Origin: Deltaproteobacteria bacterium
GTDB lineage: Bacteria > Desulfobacterota > BSN033 > UBA1163
Length of the DNA stretch: 64,000 nucleotides
Assembly: GCA_018333535.1 (NCBI GenBank)
Contig: JAGXTA010000003.1
Coordinates: 19,989 to 83,988, forward strand
Direction: 5' to 3'
Each line of letters starts with the position of its first letter. The first letter of the stretch is position 1. The position numbers and the translations under genes are program-made. The notes beneath the pieces are model-generated. The model did not search any database and had not been told where the DNA came from. It saw only the letters and a list, made by a program, of their open reading frames with translations. Positions 38,660 through 47,624 of the stretch are shown piece after piece.

Positions 38660-39661
38660 ATGTATACCAAGTTTTACGGTTTTAAAACAAAACCCTTTGA
38701 GATCACTCCGGATCCCAAATTTCTCTTTCTAAGCGAAGGCCATAGAGAGGCGTTGGCTCACCTCACCTATTCGGTTAGAGAGAGAAAGGGGTTTACCGTG
38801 ATTACCGGAGAGGTGGGGACCGGCAAAACCACACTCGTCCAGACTCTTTTAAGCAGATTGAATGGGAACACAAGGACGGCTTACCTCTTCAACCCGAAAT
38901 TGGGCTCCACCGATTTTATTAGCTATATCTGCGAGGATTTAGGGCTCAAAGGACAGAAAAGATCGAAGGGGCAATATCTGACCATGCTCCACAATTTTTT
39001 ATTGGAACGTTATGCTCAAAATGAAAATGTCGTTTTGATCATCGATGAGGCCCATACCCTTGATCCGAAATTGCTCGAAGAGGTGCGTCTGCTTACCAAT
39101 CTGGAGACACCCAAGTCCAAACTCCTCCAGGTGATCCTGATCGGCCAGCCGGAGCTGAACGGTGTTTTGAACGATCCGCAATATCGCCAGTTGAAACAGA
39201 GGGTGAGCCTCCGTTACCATCTCCAGCCTCTCAATCAGGAGGAGACAAAAGAATTCATTGGCAAAAGGTTGAGGGTCGCAGGCTTAGCCGATCCTCATCT
39301 TTTCACCGCCAAAGCCTTGGAGGAGATTTATCGGTATTCAAAGGGAATCCCACGGCTGATCAATATCGTTTGCGATAATGCGTTGTTAACTGGGTATGCG
39401 ACCGACCATAAGGTCATCGGACCCAAAATCATCCTTGAGGTGATTGACCATCTGGAGGGGACCGGGAAGAAACGAAAGCGAAGACGATCCATCTTCTTTG
39501 CCGCCGTATTGATCATCTTTCTTACCTTTGGGATCTCCTCCTATATTTTATGGAAAGAGTCTTTTCCGAGAGTGAAATGGGAGATTGGGGAACGGATCCA
39601 ATCTCTCGGGGAAATGGTCGAAAAGGTTTACGAGGAGACCCTGAGAAAATATTTTAGATGA
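38660..39661 (+). CDS. ExeA-like AAA ATPase of PEP-CTERM/EPS loci
   Basis: PFEITPDP, TGEVGTGKT, IIDEAH, GQPEL and GIPRLIN motifs. Confidence 0.9.
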   Translation: MYTKFYGFKTKPFEITPDPKFLFLSEGHREALAHLTYSVRERKGFTVITGEVGTGKTTLVQTLLSRLNGNTRTAYLFNPKLGSTDFISYICEDLGLKGQKRSKGQYLTMLHNFLLERYAQNENVVLIIDEAHTLDPKLLEEVRLLTNLETPKSKLLQVILIGQPELNGVLNDPQYRQLKQRVSLRYHLQPLNQEETKEFIGKRLRVAGLADPHLFTAKALEEIYRYSKGIPRLINIVCDNALLTGYATDHKVIGPKIILEVIDHLEGTGKKRKRRRSIFFAAVLIIFLTFGISSYILWKESFPRVKWEIGERIQSLGEMVEKVYEETLRKYFR

Positions 39662-39674
39662 ACGGAGAGGTGAA

Positions 39675-40592
39675 ATGAGCAAAATATACAAGGCGTTGGA
39701 AAAAGCGGAAAAGGAAAGGGAACGGGTGGATCATCCACCCCCCTCACGGGAGGGTCAGGAAGAAAGAAAAGGGGAATCTTATGAACTGAGGCCTGAGGTC
39801 TCAAAGACCGAGCCATGGGTTTCCGACCGGAGCCTCGTTTCCATCTTGCAACCCGGATCCCTGGCCGCGGAACAATTCAGAAAACTGAGGACTTACCTTC
39901 TTCGGGGAAAAAACTCGGAATTTCCAAAAACGGTCATGGTGACGAGCGCGACCAATGCTGAAGGAAAAACATTTGTTTCAGCAAACCTTGCCGCGGGTAT
40001 TGTCCAGGACCTTCATGCCCATGCCCTGATGGTGGACTGTGATATGCGCAGCCCCCAGCTATCACGATGGTTTGGGTTGAGTGAGGACAAAGGTCTCTCC
40101 GAATATCTCGCAGGAGATGGAAAGCTGGACAATCTGTTGAAGAAGACCGGCGTGGAGAAGCTGAGCATCCTCTCAGGTGGAGCTGTTCGGGACAATCCCA
40201 CCGAATTGATCGCATCGAAGAAGATGGAAACGCTCATCGATGAATTAAAAACACGGTATCGGGACCGGTATATCATCTTCGATTCCACTCCCCTCCTTGC
40301 CACTACCGAACCGGAAGTATTGGCCAAGTTGGTCGATGGAATCATCATCGTCATTAAGGCTGGCGTAACCCCAAGAGAGACGGTCAAACAAGCCATCGCC
40401 TCTTTGGATAAGGAAAAGATCATAGGATTTGTCCTGAATGGTTTAGAGTTTAAATCCTCAGGACTTTCCACACGTTACTTTGGTTCAAATGGATATTATT
40501 ACACATATGGCTATGGCTACGGCAAAGGAAAGTCAAATGGTGAGAGCAGATGGAAGAAAATCTTTCCTTTTGCTCGGAAAGGTGGGGGATGA
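39675..40592 (+). CDS. Polysaccharide biosynthesis tyrosine autokinase (CpsD/CapB)
   Basis: EQFRKLRT, EGKT, DCDMR, FDSTP and a Tyr-rich tail. Confidence 0.92.
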   Translation: MSKIYKALEKAEKERERVDHPPPSREGQEERKGESYELRPEVSKTEPWVSDRSLVSILQPGSLAAEQFRKLRTYLLRGKNSEFPKTVMVTSATNAEGKTFVSANLAAGIVQDLHAHALMVDCDMRSPQLSRWFGLSEDKGLSEYLAGDGKLDNLLKKTGVEKLSILSGGAVRDNPTELIASKKMETLIDELKTRYRDRYIIFDSTPLLATTEPEVLAKLVDGIIIVIKAGVTPRETVKQAIASLDKEKIIGFVLNGLEFKSSGLSTRYFGSNGYYYTYGYGYGKGKSNGESRWKKIFPFARKGGG

Positions 40593-40647
40593 GGAGCGCT
40601 GAACCGCAGCACGTGATTTCATAACTCATAACTCCGAACTTAAAACT

Positions 40648-41142
40648 ATGAACTGGTACGTCATCCAAACGAAACCCAAGAAAGAAGAAGAGGCGACCTC
40701 CTATCTCACCACGAAAGGAGTCGATATCTTCGGCCCTAAAATTGAAGCCTATTCCCTGAGGGCAGGGAAAATGGTGAGGGAGCTGAAGCCTCTCTTCCCG
40801 GGGTATCTCTTCGGGAAGCTCAATCTGGAGCAGGACTATTCCCTGGTCAGATGGGGGAGGGGGGTTAAGAAAATCCTTGGTTTTGGTGGATATTCAATCC
40901 CCGTATCGGAAGAAGTGATTGAGATCATCAAGAATCGAGTGGACAGCAGCGGGGTCGTAAGAAAAACGGCTCACTTTAAACCCAATGATTTGGTGAGAGT
41001 CAAATCAGGGCCCTTAAAGGATCTAATCGGGATCTTTGACCGGTGGGTTTCAGACAGTGAAAGGGTCAGAATTCTCATGAACCTTATCGGATACCAGCCG
41101 GCCATAGAAATCCATTGCTCCATGCTTGAGAAAGTAGCGTAA
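40648..41142 (+). CDS. NusG/RfaH-paralog antiterminator
   Basis: WYVIQTKPKKE, PLFPGYLF and a KOW-like VRVKSGP segment. Confidence 0.9.
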   Translation: MNWYVIQTKPKKEEEATSYLTTKGVDIFGPKIEAYSLRAGKMVRELKPLFPGYLFGKLNLEQDYSLVRWGRGVKKILGFGGYSIPVSEEVIEIIKNRVDSSGVVRKTAHFKPNDLVRVKSGPLKDLIGIFDRWVSDSERVRILMNLIGYQPAIEIHCSMLEKVA

Positions 41143-41226
41143 AAAGCAAGTGAATAAGGTAATGAGGTAATAAGTTAATGTATGGGAAAAATTATTAAAT
41201 TAATTAACGATCAACTTATTAACATA

Positions 41227-41378
41227 TTATACACAGCGTCATTAATCTCAAGAGAGCACGTCATTCCCGCGAAAGCGGGAATCCAGGAAAACACTGGATT
41301 CCCCCGTATCAAGTACGGGGCAGGCTTAGTCAAGCCCGGAATGACAGAAAAGGAAAAGACTTCTGTCGTTGTGTATAA
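41227..41378. mobile_element. MITE with TTATACAC termini and internal GTCATTCCCGCGAAAGCGGGAATCC REP-like unit
   Basis: ttatacacagcg (41227) / cgttgtgtataa (41367-41378); internal palindromes at 41260-41345. Confidence 0.65.
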
Positions 41379-41511
41379 CCTATTAACTCGTTTATTGTAG
41401 TAAACTTTTTTCCACTCAAACGTGGCTGCCAGATCTAACATTTTTAAAATATTTTGTAGGAAATACTTCATTTCCAAAAGGGCGGGAGCCTATCCAAATG
41501 AAAGAGGGAAA

Positions 41512-42234
41512 ATGAACTTTCAGAAATATTTTTTACTTCAGACCGCTATCCTGTTGTTCCTCCTTCCTGTTTCTGTTTTCCCGGCCGATTTATCTCTATT
41601 TGCCGGAGGTGAAATCGACACGAGAGGTCAGGGGTTTTCTTACCTGGGTGTCGATATCACCCAAAAATTCACTCAAAATCTATCCCTGGCCGGAAGAATC
41701 ACTCCGAATTACCTGACCTACAGATACCGGGATGGAAATCATCTCATCCGGGCGAAATCACTTGGGATATATACGGTCGTTGGACTGAAATACTCTCTGA
41801 ACCAAACAACGCTCGGCATTTTTGGCGGAGCCGAATATAGAAATACCGATCTAAATCCCGATGTGAGAACGGCAGAGGTGAGGGGGAGCACTTGGGCTGG
41901 TTTGATTCAGGGAGAATTCGATACCTGGTTTGCAAGCCGGACCAATATAAACCTTTCCGCAAGCTTCAGCGGCACAGATAGCTTTTTTTATGAAAGAGGA
42001 AGAATTAAACGGCAGATCTCGAATTTTGAATTTAAGAAACCCAATACGATCAATCTTGGAATCGAACAATTTTATGGAAGGAACCCGGACTTTCGAATGG
42101 CAGGAGGGGGACTCCTGTTGGAAGTCTATCATATTCCGAAGAAGTTATCCCTTGCCCTCAAGGGGGGCTATAAACATGATTCGACTTTTGGCAGCGGAGG
42201 CTATGGAGGGCTGGAGCTATTTGTTAGTTTTTAA
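41512..42234 (+). CDS. BcsS-like outer-membrane beta-barrel (cellulose biosynthesis associated)
   Basis: Signal peptide, beta-strand pattern, YRY, terminal F; directly precedes a BcsA-like gene. Confidence 0.65.
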   Translation: MNFQKYFLLQTAILLFLLPVSVFPADLSLFAGGEIDTRGQGFSYLGVDITQKFTQNLSLAGRITPNYLTYRYRDGNHLIRAKSLGIYTVVGLKYSLNQTTLGIFGGAEYRNTDLNPDVRTAEVRGSTWAGLIQGEFDTWFASRTNINLSASFSGTDSFFYERGRIKRQISNFEFKKPNTINLGIEQFYGRNPDFRMAGGGLLLEVYHIPKKLSLALKGGYKHDSTFGSGGYGGLELFVSF

Positions 42235-42298
42235 ATAGAAAAGAGGAGATGCCAATCTCTCCCTTTTAAATTTTCAAATGATTGGTCCTGTCTGAAAA

Positions 42299-44467
42299 AT
42301 GATTTTATTAGGATTAAAAACATGGTGGTCCGATGTTAAAGGGACTCAGTCCTATCTCCGGTACTTCGAGAGAGAGGACCGCAGGAGACGCTTAGCCGGC
42401 CAATTCCTAACCATCATCACCATCGGTCTGGGAATTTACTACCTCGCCTGGCATGCTCAGCATATTAACTGGGAGGCAAAACTTTTTTCCTTTATCTTCT
42501 TTCTGGCAGAATTCATAGGACTTATCCTGTTTACTTTCTTTGCCTTCAACGCCTGGTTTTTAAGATATCACTCCCCCCAAGGGGTTTCTGTTGAAAAGCC
42601 TGAATCCATCGATGTCTTTATCACGGTTGCCGGCGAGCCGGTTAACATTGTTGTCGAAACCGTTCGGGCTGCCGTGAATATCGATTATCCCATCAAGAAA
42701 ATATATCTCCTCGATGAAAAGGGAGATATCGCCTATCAAAACATTGCGGAGAAATTTGGATGTGGATACTTTGCGAGGGAAGACCATAGCCATGCAAAAG
42801 CAGGGAATCTCAATTATGCCTTTGAAAGGACTCACAGCGACCTGATCCTCACCCTCGACGCCGATCAGATCCCTCAACCTCAGATCATCTCCACCCTCAT
42901 CGGCTACTTCAAATTTCCCATGATCGGGTTTATCCAATCCAAGCAGGATTTCAAAGTTCCCGTTGGAGATCCATTCGGAAACACGGACCGGGTTTTTTAT
43001 AATGTCATGCAGTTGGGAAAGGATATGGATAATTCCGCCTTCTCCTGCGGGTCAGGGGTGATCTACCGAAGAAAGGCGTTAGAGGATATTGGGGGGTTCA
43101 GCACCTGGAACCTGGTGGAAGATGTCCACACCTCAATACTCCTCCATGACCGGGGCTGGAGGTCGGTCTATCACCATTACCCCTTAAGCAAAGGCACTGC
43201 CCCTGCTGATATTTACGGGGTTTACAGACAGCGCAGGCAGTGGGCCGCCGATTCTCTGAGGATCCTCTTTTGGGACAACCCCTTCAGACGAAAGGGCCTG
43301 ACGTTCAAGCAGAAGCTCCAGTACTTTAACCTGGGTTTTGTCTATCTCGTTTCGGCCTTTGTGATGCCTCTCTTCTTCCTGACGCCGATCTGGGCTCTTC
43401 TTACCCATCAGTTTGTCCTGATCGCTCCTGTAAAAAGTTATGTTCTCCATCGATTTCCATATTTCATCGCCATGTCACTTGCCTATGGGATTATAAATTA
43501 TCCGACCCATTATATGCATGCCTTTAAAATGTGGACAGGCCTCTTTCCTGCCTTCATTCATGCCACCTGGATCGCCATTAGGTCAAGAAAGAGAAAACCT
43601 GCTTATCGTGTGAATGTGAAGCCGGGAGGAAGGGTGAAACAGAAAAACCCATTCCTGGCCGTTCTCCCACAGCAGGGTATTATATTTCTTTCCATTTTTG
43701 CTGTTCTTTATGCATTCATCAAGGGAGTGGAGACCTGGGATTATTATCTTTTAAATGTTGTTTGGAGCACGTGGTCCATTTGGACCATGAGTGGGATTTG
43801 TCTTGCCGCCTTTAAAACCCGTCGTTGGATAGAAGAGGTTTCTTTAAAAAACCAGAAAGAGCCCTCTTTTATTTTAAGAGCGAGGGAGCTTTTTATTACC
43901 ATGATCGTGACGCTTTTCATCGCCTTTTTCTTTTTAGTTGCAGATACGTCCGCAGTGAATCAAACGCTCAGCAACTTTCGGCAAAGGGTTTTATCCATAG
44001 GAGGAGAGAAAAAAGAGGCCACGATCATCCCCGAGAAATTCATTCCCATTCGCGATGTTCCTACGGTTTTTCCTGAGGAGAAAAGCGAACGGCCGAAAGA
44101 CGAAAGTGATGTTACTGGAGAAAAAGAAGGGGCAGGGCTTAAGAAGCTAATTGAAACGCAGGCGCCGGCGGAAGAGAAAAAGGCTTCCGTTAAAGAAGAT
44201 CAATGGATTGTGCAGGTAGCCGCCGTGAGGACTCAACAGGATGCCATGGCCTGGAAGGAAAAATTGATGACATCAGGCTTTCAGGCCTATTACGTATCTT
44301 CAAAGGTGAAAGAGGAAGAGTGGATTCGAGTTCGGGTGGGATTTTTTAAAGACAGGGATGAGGCTTGGAAAGCCGGAGAGGGAATAAGGGAGAAGGGCTA
44401 TCTCAAAGGCCCCTTCTGGATTACCAGAATTTCACAAAAGGAGATGGAGGTCCGGGTTGGTAAGTGA
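42299..44467 (+). CDS. Cellulose-synthase-like processive GT2 lacking PilZ, fused to a C-terminal SPOR domain
   Basis: HAKAGNLN, DAD, FSCGSG, VED and QRRQW motifs with several TMs; SPOR-like WIVQVAA..WIRVRVGFF..EA. Confidence 0.88.
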   Translation: MILLGLKTWWSDVKGTQSYLRYFEREDRRRRLAGQFLTIITIGLGIYYLAWHAQHINWEAKLFSFIFFLAEFIGLILFTFFAFNAWFLRYHSPQGVSVEKPESIDVFITVAGEPVNIVVETVRAAVNIDYPIKKIYLLDEKGDIAYQNIAEKFGCGYFAREDHSHAKAGNLNYAFERTHSDLILTLDADQIPQPQIISTLIGYFKFPMIGFIQSKQDFKVPVGDPFGNTDRVFYNVMQLGKDMDNSAFSCGSGVIYRRKALEDIGGFSTWNLVEDVHTSILLHDRGWRSVYHHYPLSKGTAPADIYGVYRQRRQWAADSLRILFWDNPFRRKGLTFKQKLQYFNLGFVYLVSAFVMPLFFLTPIWALLTHQFVLIAPVKSYVLHRFPYFIAMSLAYGIINYPTHYMHAFKMWTGLFPAFIHATWIAIRSRKRKPAYRVNVKPGGRVKQKNPFLAVLPQQGIIFLSIFAVLYAFIKGVETWDYYLLNVVWSTWSIWTMSGICLAAFKTRRWIEEVSLKNQKEPSFILRARELFITMIVTLFIAFFFLVADTSAVNQTLSNFRQRVLSIGGEKKEATIIPEKFIPIRDVPTVFPEEKSERPKDESDVTGEKEGAGLKKLIETQAPAEEKKASVKEDQWIVQVAAVRTQQDAMAWKEKLMTSGFQAYYVSSKVKEEEWIRVRVGFFKDRDEAWKAGEGIREKGYLKGPFWITRISQKEMEVRVGK

Positions 44468-45395
44468 TCTGATTGAACCACGGGTGGGCCTTTACCTTCC
44501 TGACGATGTCCATTCAGCGATGGAAGGAGCCTTTCAATACACACAGCTCCTGGGAGAAAGGGTTCAGATACTTTCCTTCTATGTCGCCTGGGGTTCCGGA
44601 AGAAGGAATCTCGATATTTCAGGGTTTCAGGAGGTCTTAAGGCGCGGATGCATCCCAATGATTACCTGGGAACCATGGCAGTGGCCCCTGGAAGATGCCC
44701 GGCCTGAAGATCAACCCGATTTTTCACTCTCAGAAATATTGAAAGGGAAATATGACGATTATATTCGGAGCTGGGCTCGTGATTTGAAGCAAATTTCAGG
44801 ACCTATCTTCTTACGGCCCATGCATGAAATGAATGGAAATTGGTATCCCTGGTGCGGAAAAGTAAACGGAAATCGACCCGAGGAATATATCGAAACCTGG
44901 CGGTATATCCGGTCCATTTTTAGAGAGGCCCAAATTTGTCAATTGATCTGGGTTTGGTCGCCCTATGCCCATTCTGTGCCGAAGGAATCGGACAATGAAG
45001 TTTGGCGATACTATCCGGGGGACAAAGAAGTCGATTGGTTGGCTTTGGATGGATATAACTGGGGTGAAACCCGGGATGGGTCAACATGGCAGAGCTTTGA
45101 AGAGATCTTTAAAGAGGGATATGAAACCTTAACCGAACTCGATTCTGAGAAACCACTCATGGTGGGAGAGGTGGGCTGTGCGGAAGATGGTGGAAACAAA
45201 GGAAAGTGGATTGAGGAAGCCTTTCAGTCATTGGGGCAACGTTTTCCGAGAATCAGGGCTTGCATATGGTTTAATGTCAATAAGGAGTGTGACTGGAGGA
45301 TTGAATCTTCTCCCCGTTCTATAAAAGCTTTTAAGGAGAATATCAGGGCCTGGACTTTTTTAAATTCCAACAAAAAACTGGGGGTACTTCATTGA
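44457..45395 (+). CDS. Glycoside hydrolase family 26
   Basis: PMITWEP, LRPMHEMNGNWYPW, YYPGD..VDW..DGYN and KPLMVGE motifs. TTG start with RBS ggagg. Confidence 0.9.
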   Translation: MVSDLIEPRVGLYLPDDVHSAMEGAFQYTQLLGERVQILSFYVAWGSGRRNLDISGFQEVLRRGCIPMITWEPWQWPLEDARPEDQPDFSLSEILKGKYDDYIRSWARDLKQISGPIFLRPMHEMNGNWYPWCGKVNGNRPEEYIETWRYIRSIFREAQICQLIWVWSPYAHSVPKESDNEVWRYYPGDKEVDWLALDGYNWGETRDGSTWQSFEEIFKEGYETLTELDSEKPLMVGEVGCAEDGGNKGKWIEEAFQSLGQRFPRIRACIWFNVNKECDWRIESSPRSIKAFKENIRAWTFLNSNKKLGVLH

Positions 45396-45415
45396 AACAA
45401 GAAGGAGGGGGAAAA

Positions 45416-46150
45416 ATGAAAACCTGTGCAATCAGGCATTGTTTAGTGATGGCGTTGTTTGTCATTTCATTAATAGGAGTTCTGCAGAGTCCTGCCTTTG
45501 GCCTTCAGATGACGATTGGCGGGATAGATGATGCCGGTCAATTCGCCGGACAAGACGCCTATCTTAAATTTGTTGATTCTGACGGAAATACACTGAAGGA
45601 GATTACCAAGGCCGGCTTCCCGACCCCTTGGACCTTTGCCTCTCAGGTTTATGCCGATGCCCCTGGCGGTATATGGTATTTACAATCCGCTGGCAATATC
45701 TGGTCTTCCGACACAATTGTGGGAGACACTTTTACAGCCCCCTATGCAGGAGTATATAGGATATCACCCGCGGACGGAGCCTTTACATACGATTCTTTTC
45801 TCTGGAGTGGGGTAGCGGACAAATGGTTGTGGGAGCTTCAGATTTATGTGGTCGAGGATGATGTTAATTACACGTTAGGGTCTAAGAATCTTTATGATCA
45901 AGGATACCTGGCTTTAGGGGCAACCCTTGGGAAGCATATAGATATAACCTTAGTTGAAGGGGAAAAGCTGGTTTTTTGGATTGCCGATGGGAGTCTCGAT
46001 GGCCCTCCAAACGAACGCAACACCATTGACAACTCCGGGAGCCTGACCTTTAATGTCGTGCTTATTCCTGAACCTTCGACCCTCATCCTTGCCGGAACCG
46101 GATTGCTTCTTCTCTTGAGGCGATACCGAAAATACATATCGGCTCATTAA
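45416..46150 (+). CDS. PEP-CTERM sorting domain protein
   Basis: Signal peptide; C-terminus IPEPSTLILAGTGLLLLLRRYRK. Confidence 0.92.
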   Translation: MKTCAIRHCLVMALFVISLIGVLQSPAFGLQMTIGGIDDAGQFAGQDAYLKFVDSDGNTLKEITKAGFPTPWTFASQVYADAPGGIWYLQSAGNIWSSDTIVGDTFTAPYAGVYRISPADGAFTYDSFLWSGVADKWLWELQIYVVEDDVNYTLGSKNLYDQGYLALGATLGKHIDITLVEGEKLVFWIADGSLDGPPNERNTIDNSGSLTFNVVLIPEPSTLILAGTGLLLLLRRYRKYISAH

Positions 46151-46199
46151 CCTAATTTGGTCCAGCTGCACAACAACGCTTAACTCGCCTGGAGCCCCC

Positions 46200-46376
46200 A
46201 TGAAAGACATCCTTGACCAGATGGAGGAACATATTGCAGCGATTCGAAACCTTCAGATGAATTTTAACTTCCATTCGAAGAAACTCGAAAAATTGATGAG
46301 GGCTTTGATTGATATTCAACCGCAAAATCAAAACGTGGATGAGGATCATACTATCCCATCACAAGGAAATAATTAA
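46200..46376 (+). CDS. Small hypothetical protein (58 aa), below the ORF-track cutoff
   Basis: GGAG 5 nt before the ATG; MKDILDQMEEHIAAIRNLQMNFNFHSKKLEKLMRALIDIQ..; fills the gap before the priming GT. Confidence 0.5.
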   Translation: MKDILDQMEEHIAAIRNLQMNFNFHSKKLEKLMRALIDIQPQNQNVDEDHTIPSQGNN

Positions 46377-46388
46377 TCACCTGAGCCT

Positions 46389-47465
46389 ATGAACATGAAC
46401 GATTCCCGATCCATAGAGAAAACCATATTGTCAAAACCCCATTTCCTTGACCGGTTACGGGTTGAGCAACGGCGAGCCGATCGATCCAAATTGCCTTTGT
46501 CAATTGTGCTTTTATCTTTTCGGGCAGGAGCGATCCCTGACAAAAAGCTCTTTAGAGAACTTTTAGAAATGCTGCAGAGAAATACACGAGAAACAGACAT
46601 TAAGGGTTGGATTGATAATTGTGCCATAGGGCTTATTCTTCCAGATACAAACGAAAATGGAGTTCAATGTTTCGTTGAGAAAATCTTTAATGGAAATGGA
46701 GAACTGGCTTATTCGGTCATTAAAGGAACCTACCCAGACGATCTTTTTCGGGAGCTGCTTAAGGAGACACAAGGTCAACCAAACCTTTTTCCTGTCGACG
46801 TTGTTGAATCCCATACTTCGCATGGCATCCAGGATGTCCTCAAAAGAGTTATGGATATCGTAGGGTCACTCATTGGGCTAATGCTCTTTTCACCTCTCAT
46901 GCTCATCACAGCTGTTGCAATAAAAATAACCTCCCCGGGACCGATCATTTTTAAACAATTTCGTTTGGGAAAGAAAGGCCTACGGTTTCCATTCTATAAA
47001 TTCAGATCCATGTACTGGAATGCGGATGATTCGATTCACCGGGAGTACGTAAACAGTTTAATACAGGGCGACCTCAAAAAAATCAATCAGGGGGATAAGG
47101 AGACGCCCCTTTACAAGATGAAATCCGATCCTCGGGTCACTCTTGTCGGAAAAATCATTCGTAAGACAAGCATCGACGAACTTCCACAGTTTTTCAACGT
47201 ATTAAAGGGAGAGATGAGCCTGGTGGGGCCTCGTCCCCCTATCCCTTATGAAATTGAGAAATATAAACCCTGGCATCTCAGGAGGATCCTGGAAGTCAAA
47301 CCCGGCATCACTGGACTCTGGCAGGTGGATGGAAGGAGTAGGACATCGTTTGATGGTATGGTGCGTTTGGATCTGAGATATGCGCAAAATTGGTCTCTCT
47401 GGCTCGACCTGAAGATATTGCTGAAGACGGTAAGAGCCGTCATTCGTCCCCAAGGCGCCCTCTAA
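46389..47465 (+). CDS. Priming (polyprenyl-phosphate) sugar transferase with N-terminal degenerate GGDEF-like domain
   Basis: [27 protein letters not shown] and [10 protein letters not shown] motifs. N-terminus [24 protein letters not shown]. Confidence 0.9.
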   Translation: MNMNDSRSIEKTILSKPHFLDRLRVEQRRADRSKLPLSIVLLSFRAGAIPDKKLFRELLEMLQRNTRETDIKGWIDNCAIGLILPDTNENGVQCFVEKIFNGNGELAYSVIKGTYPDDLFRELLKETQGQPNLFPVDVVESHTSHGIQDVLKRVMDIVGSLIGLMLFSPLMLITAVAIKITSPGPIIFKQFRLGKKGLRFPFYKFRSMYWNADDSIHREYVNSLIQGDLKKINQGDKETPLYKMKSDPRVTLVGKIIRKTSIDELPQFFNVLKGEMSLVGPRPPIPYEIEKYKPWHLRRILEVKPGITGLWQVDGRSRTSFDGMVRLDLRYAQNWSLWLDLKILLKTVRAVIRPQGAL

Positions 47466-47484
47466 CTTCGATAGGATAAGCGGC

Positions 47485-47607
47485 TTAAGGTTAGAGATCA
47501 GAGGCAAAAAAATAGATATGTTTGAGGTTTGAGATTGAAGGCCGAAGGCAAAAGGGAAACTATTTTTCCCGCTAACCTGAAGCGTAGCGTTCCTCAAACC
47601 TCAAACA
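47485..47607. repeat. Inverted heptamer arms (GTTTGAG/CTCAAAC)
   Basis: gtttgaggtttgagattgaaggccgaagg ... cctcaaacctcaaac. Confidence 0.6.
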
Positions 47608-47624
47608 GTTAAAAGGAGGAAAAA

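Noticed and set aside
41182-41477. ORFs on both strands after the NusG paralog
   Set aside because: They read through the REP/MITE (VIPAKAGIQ, WIPAFAGMT), a typical spurious translation.
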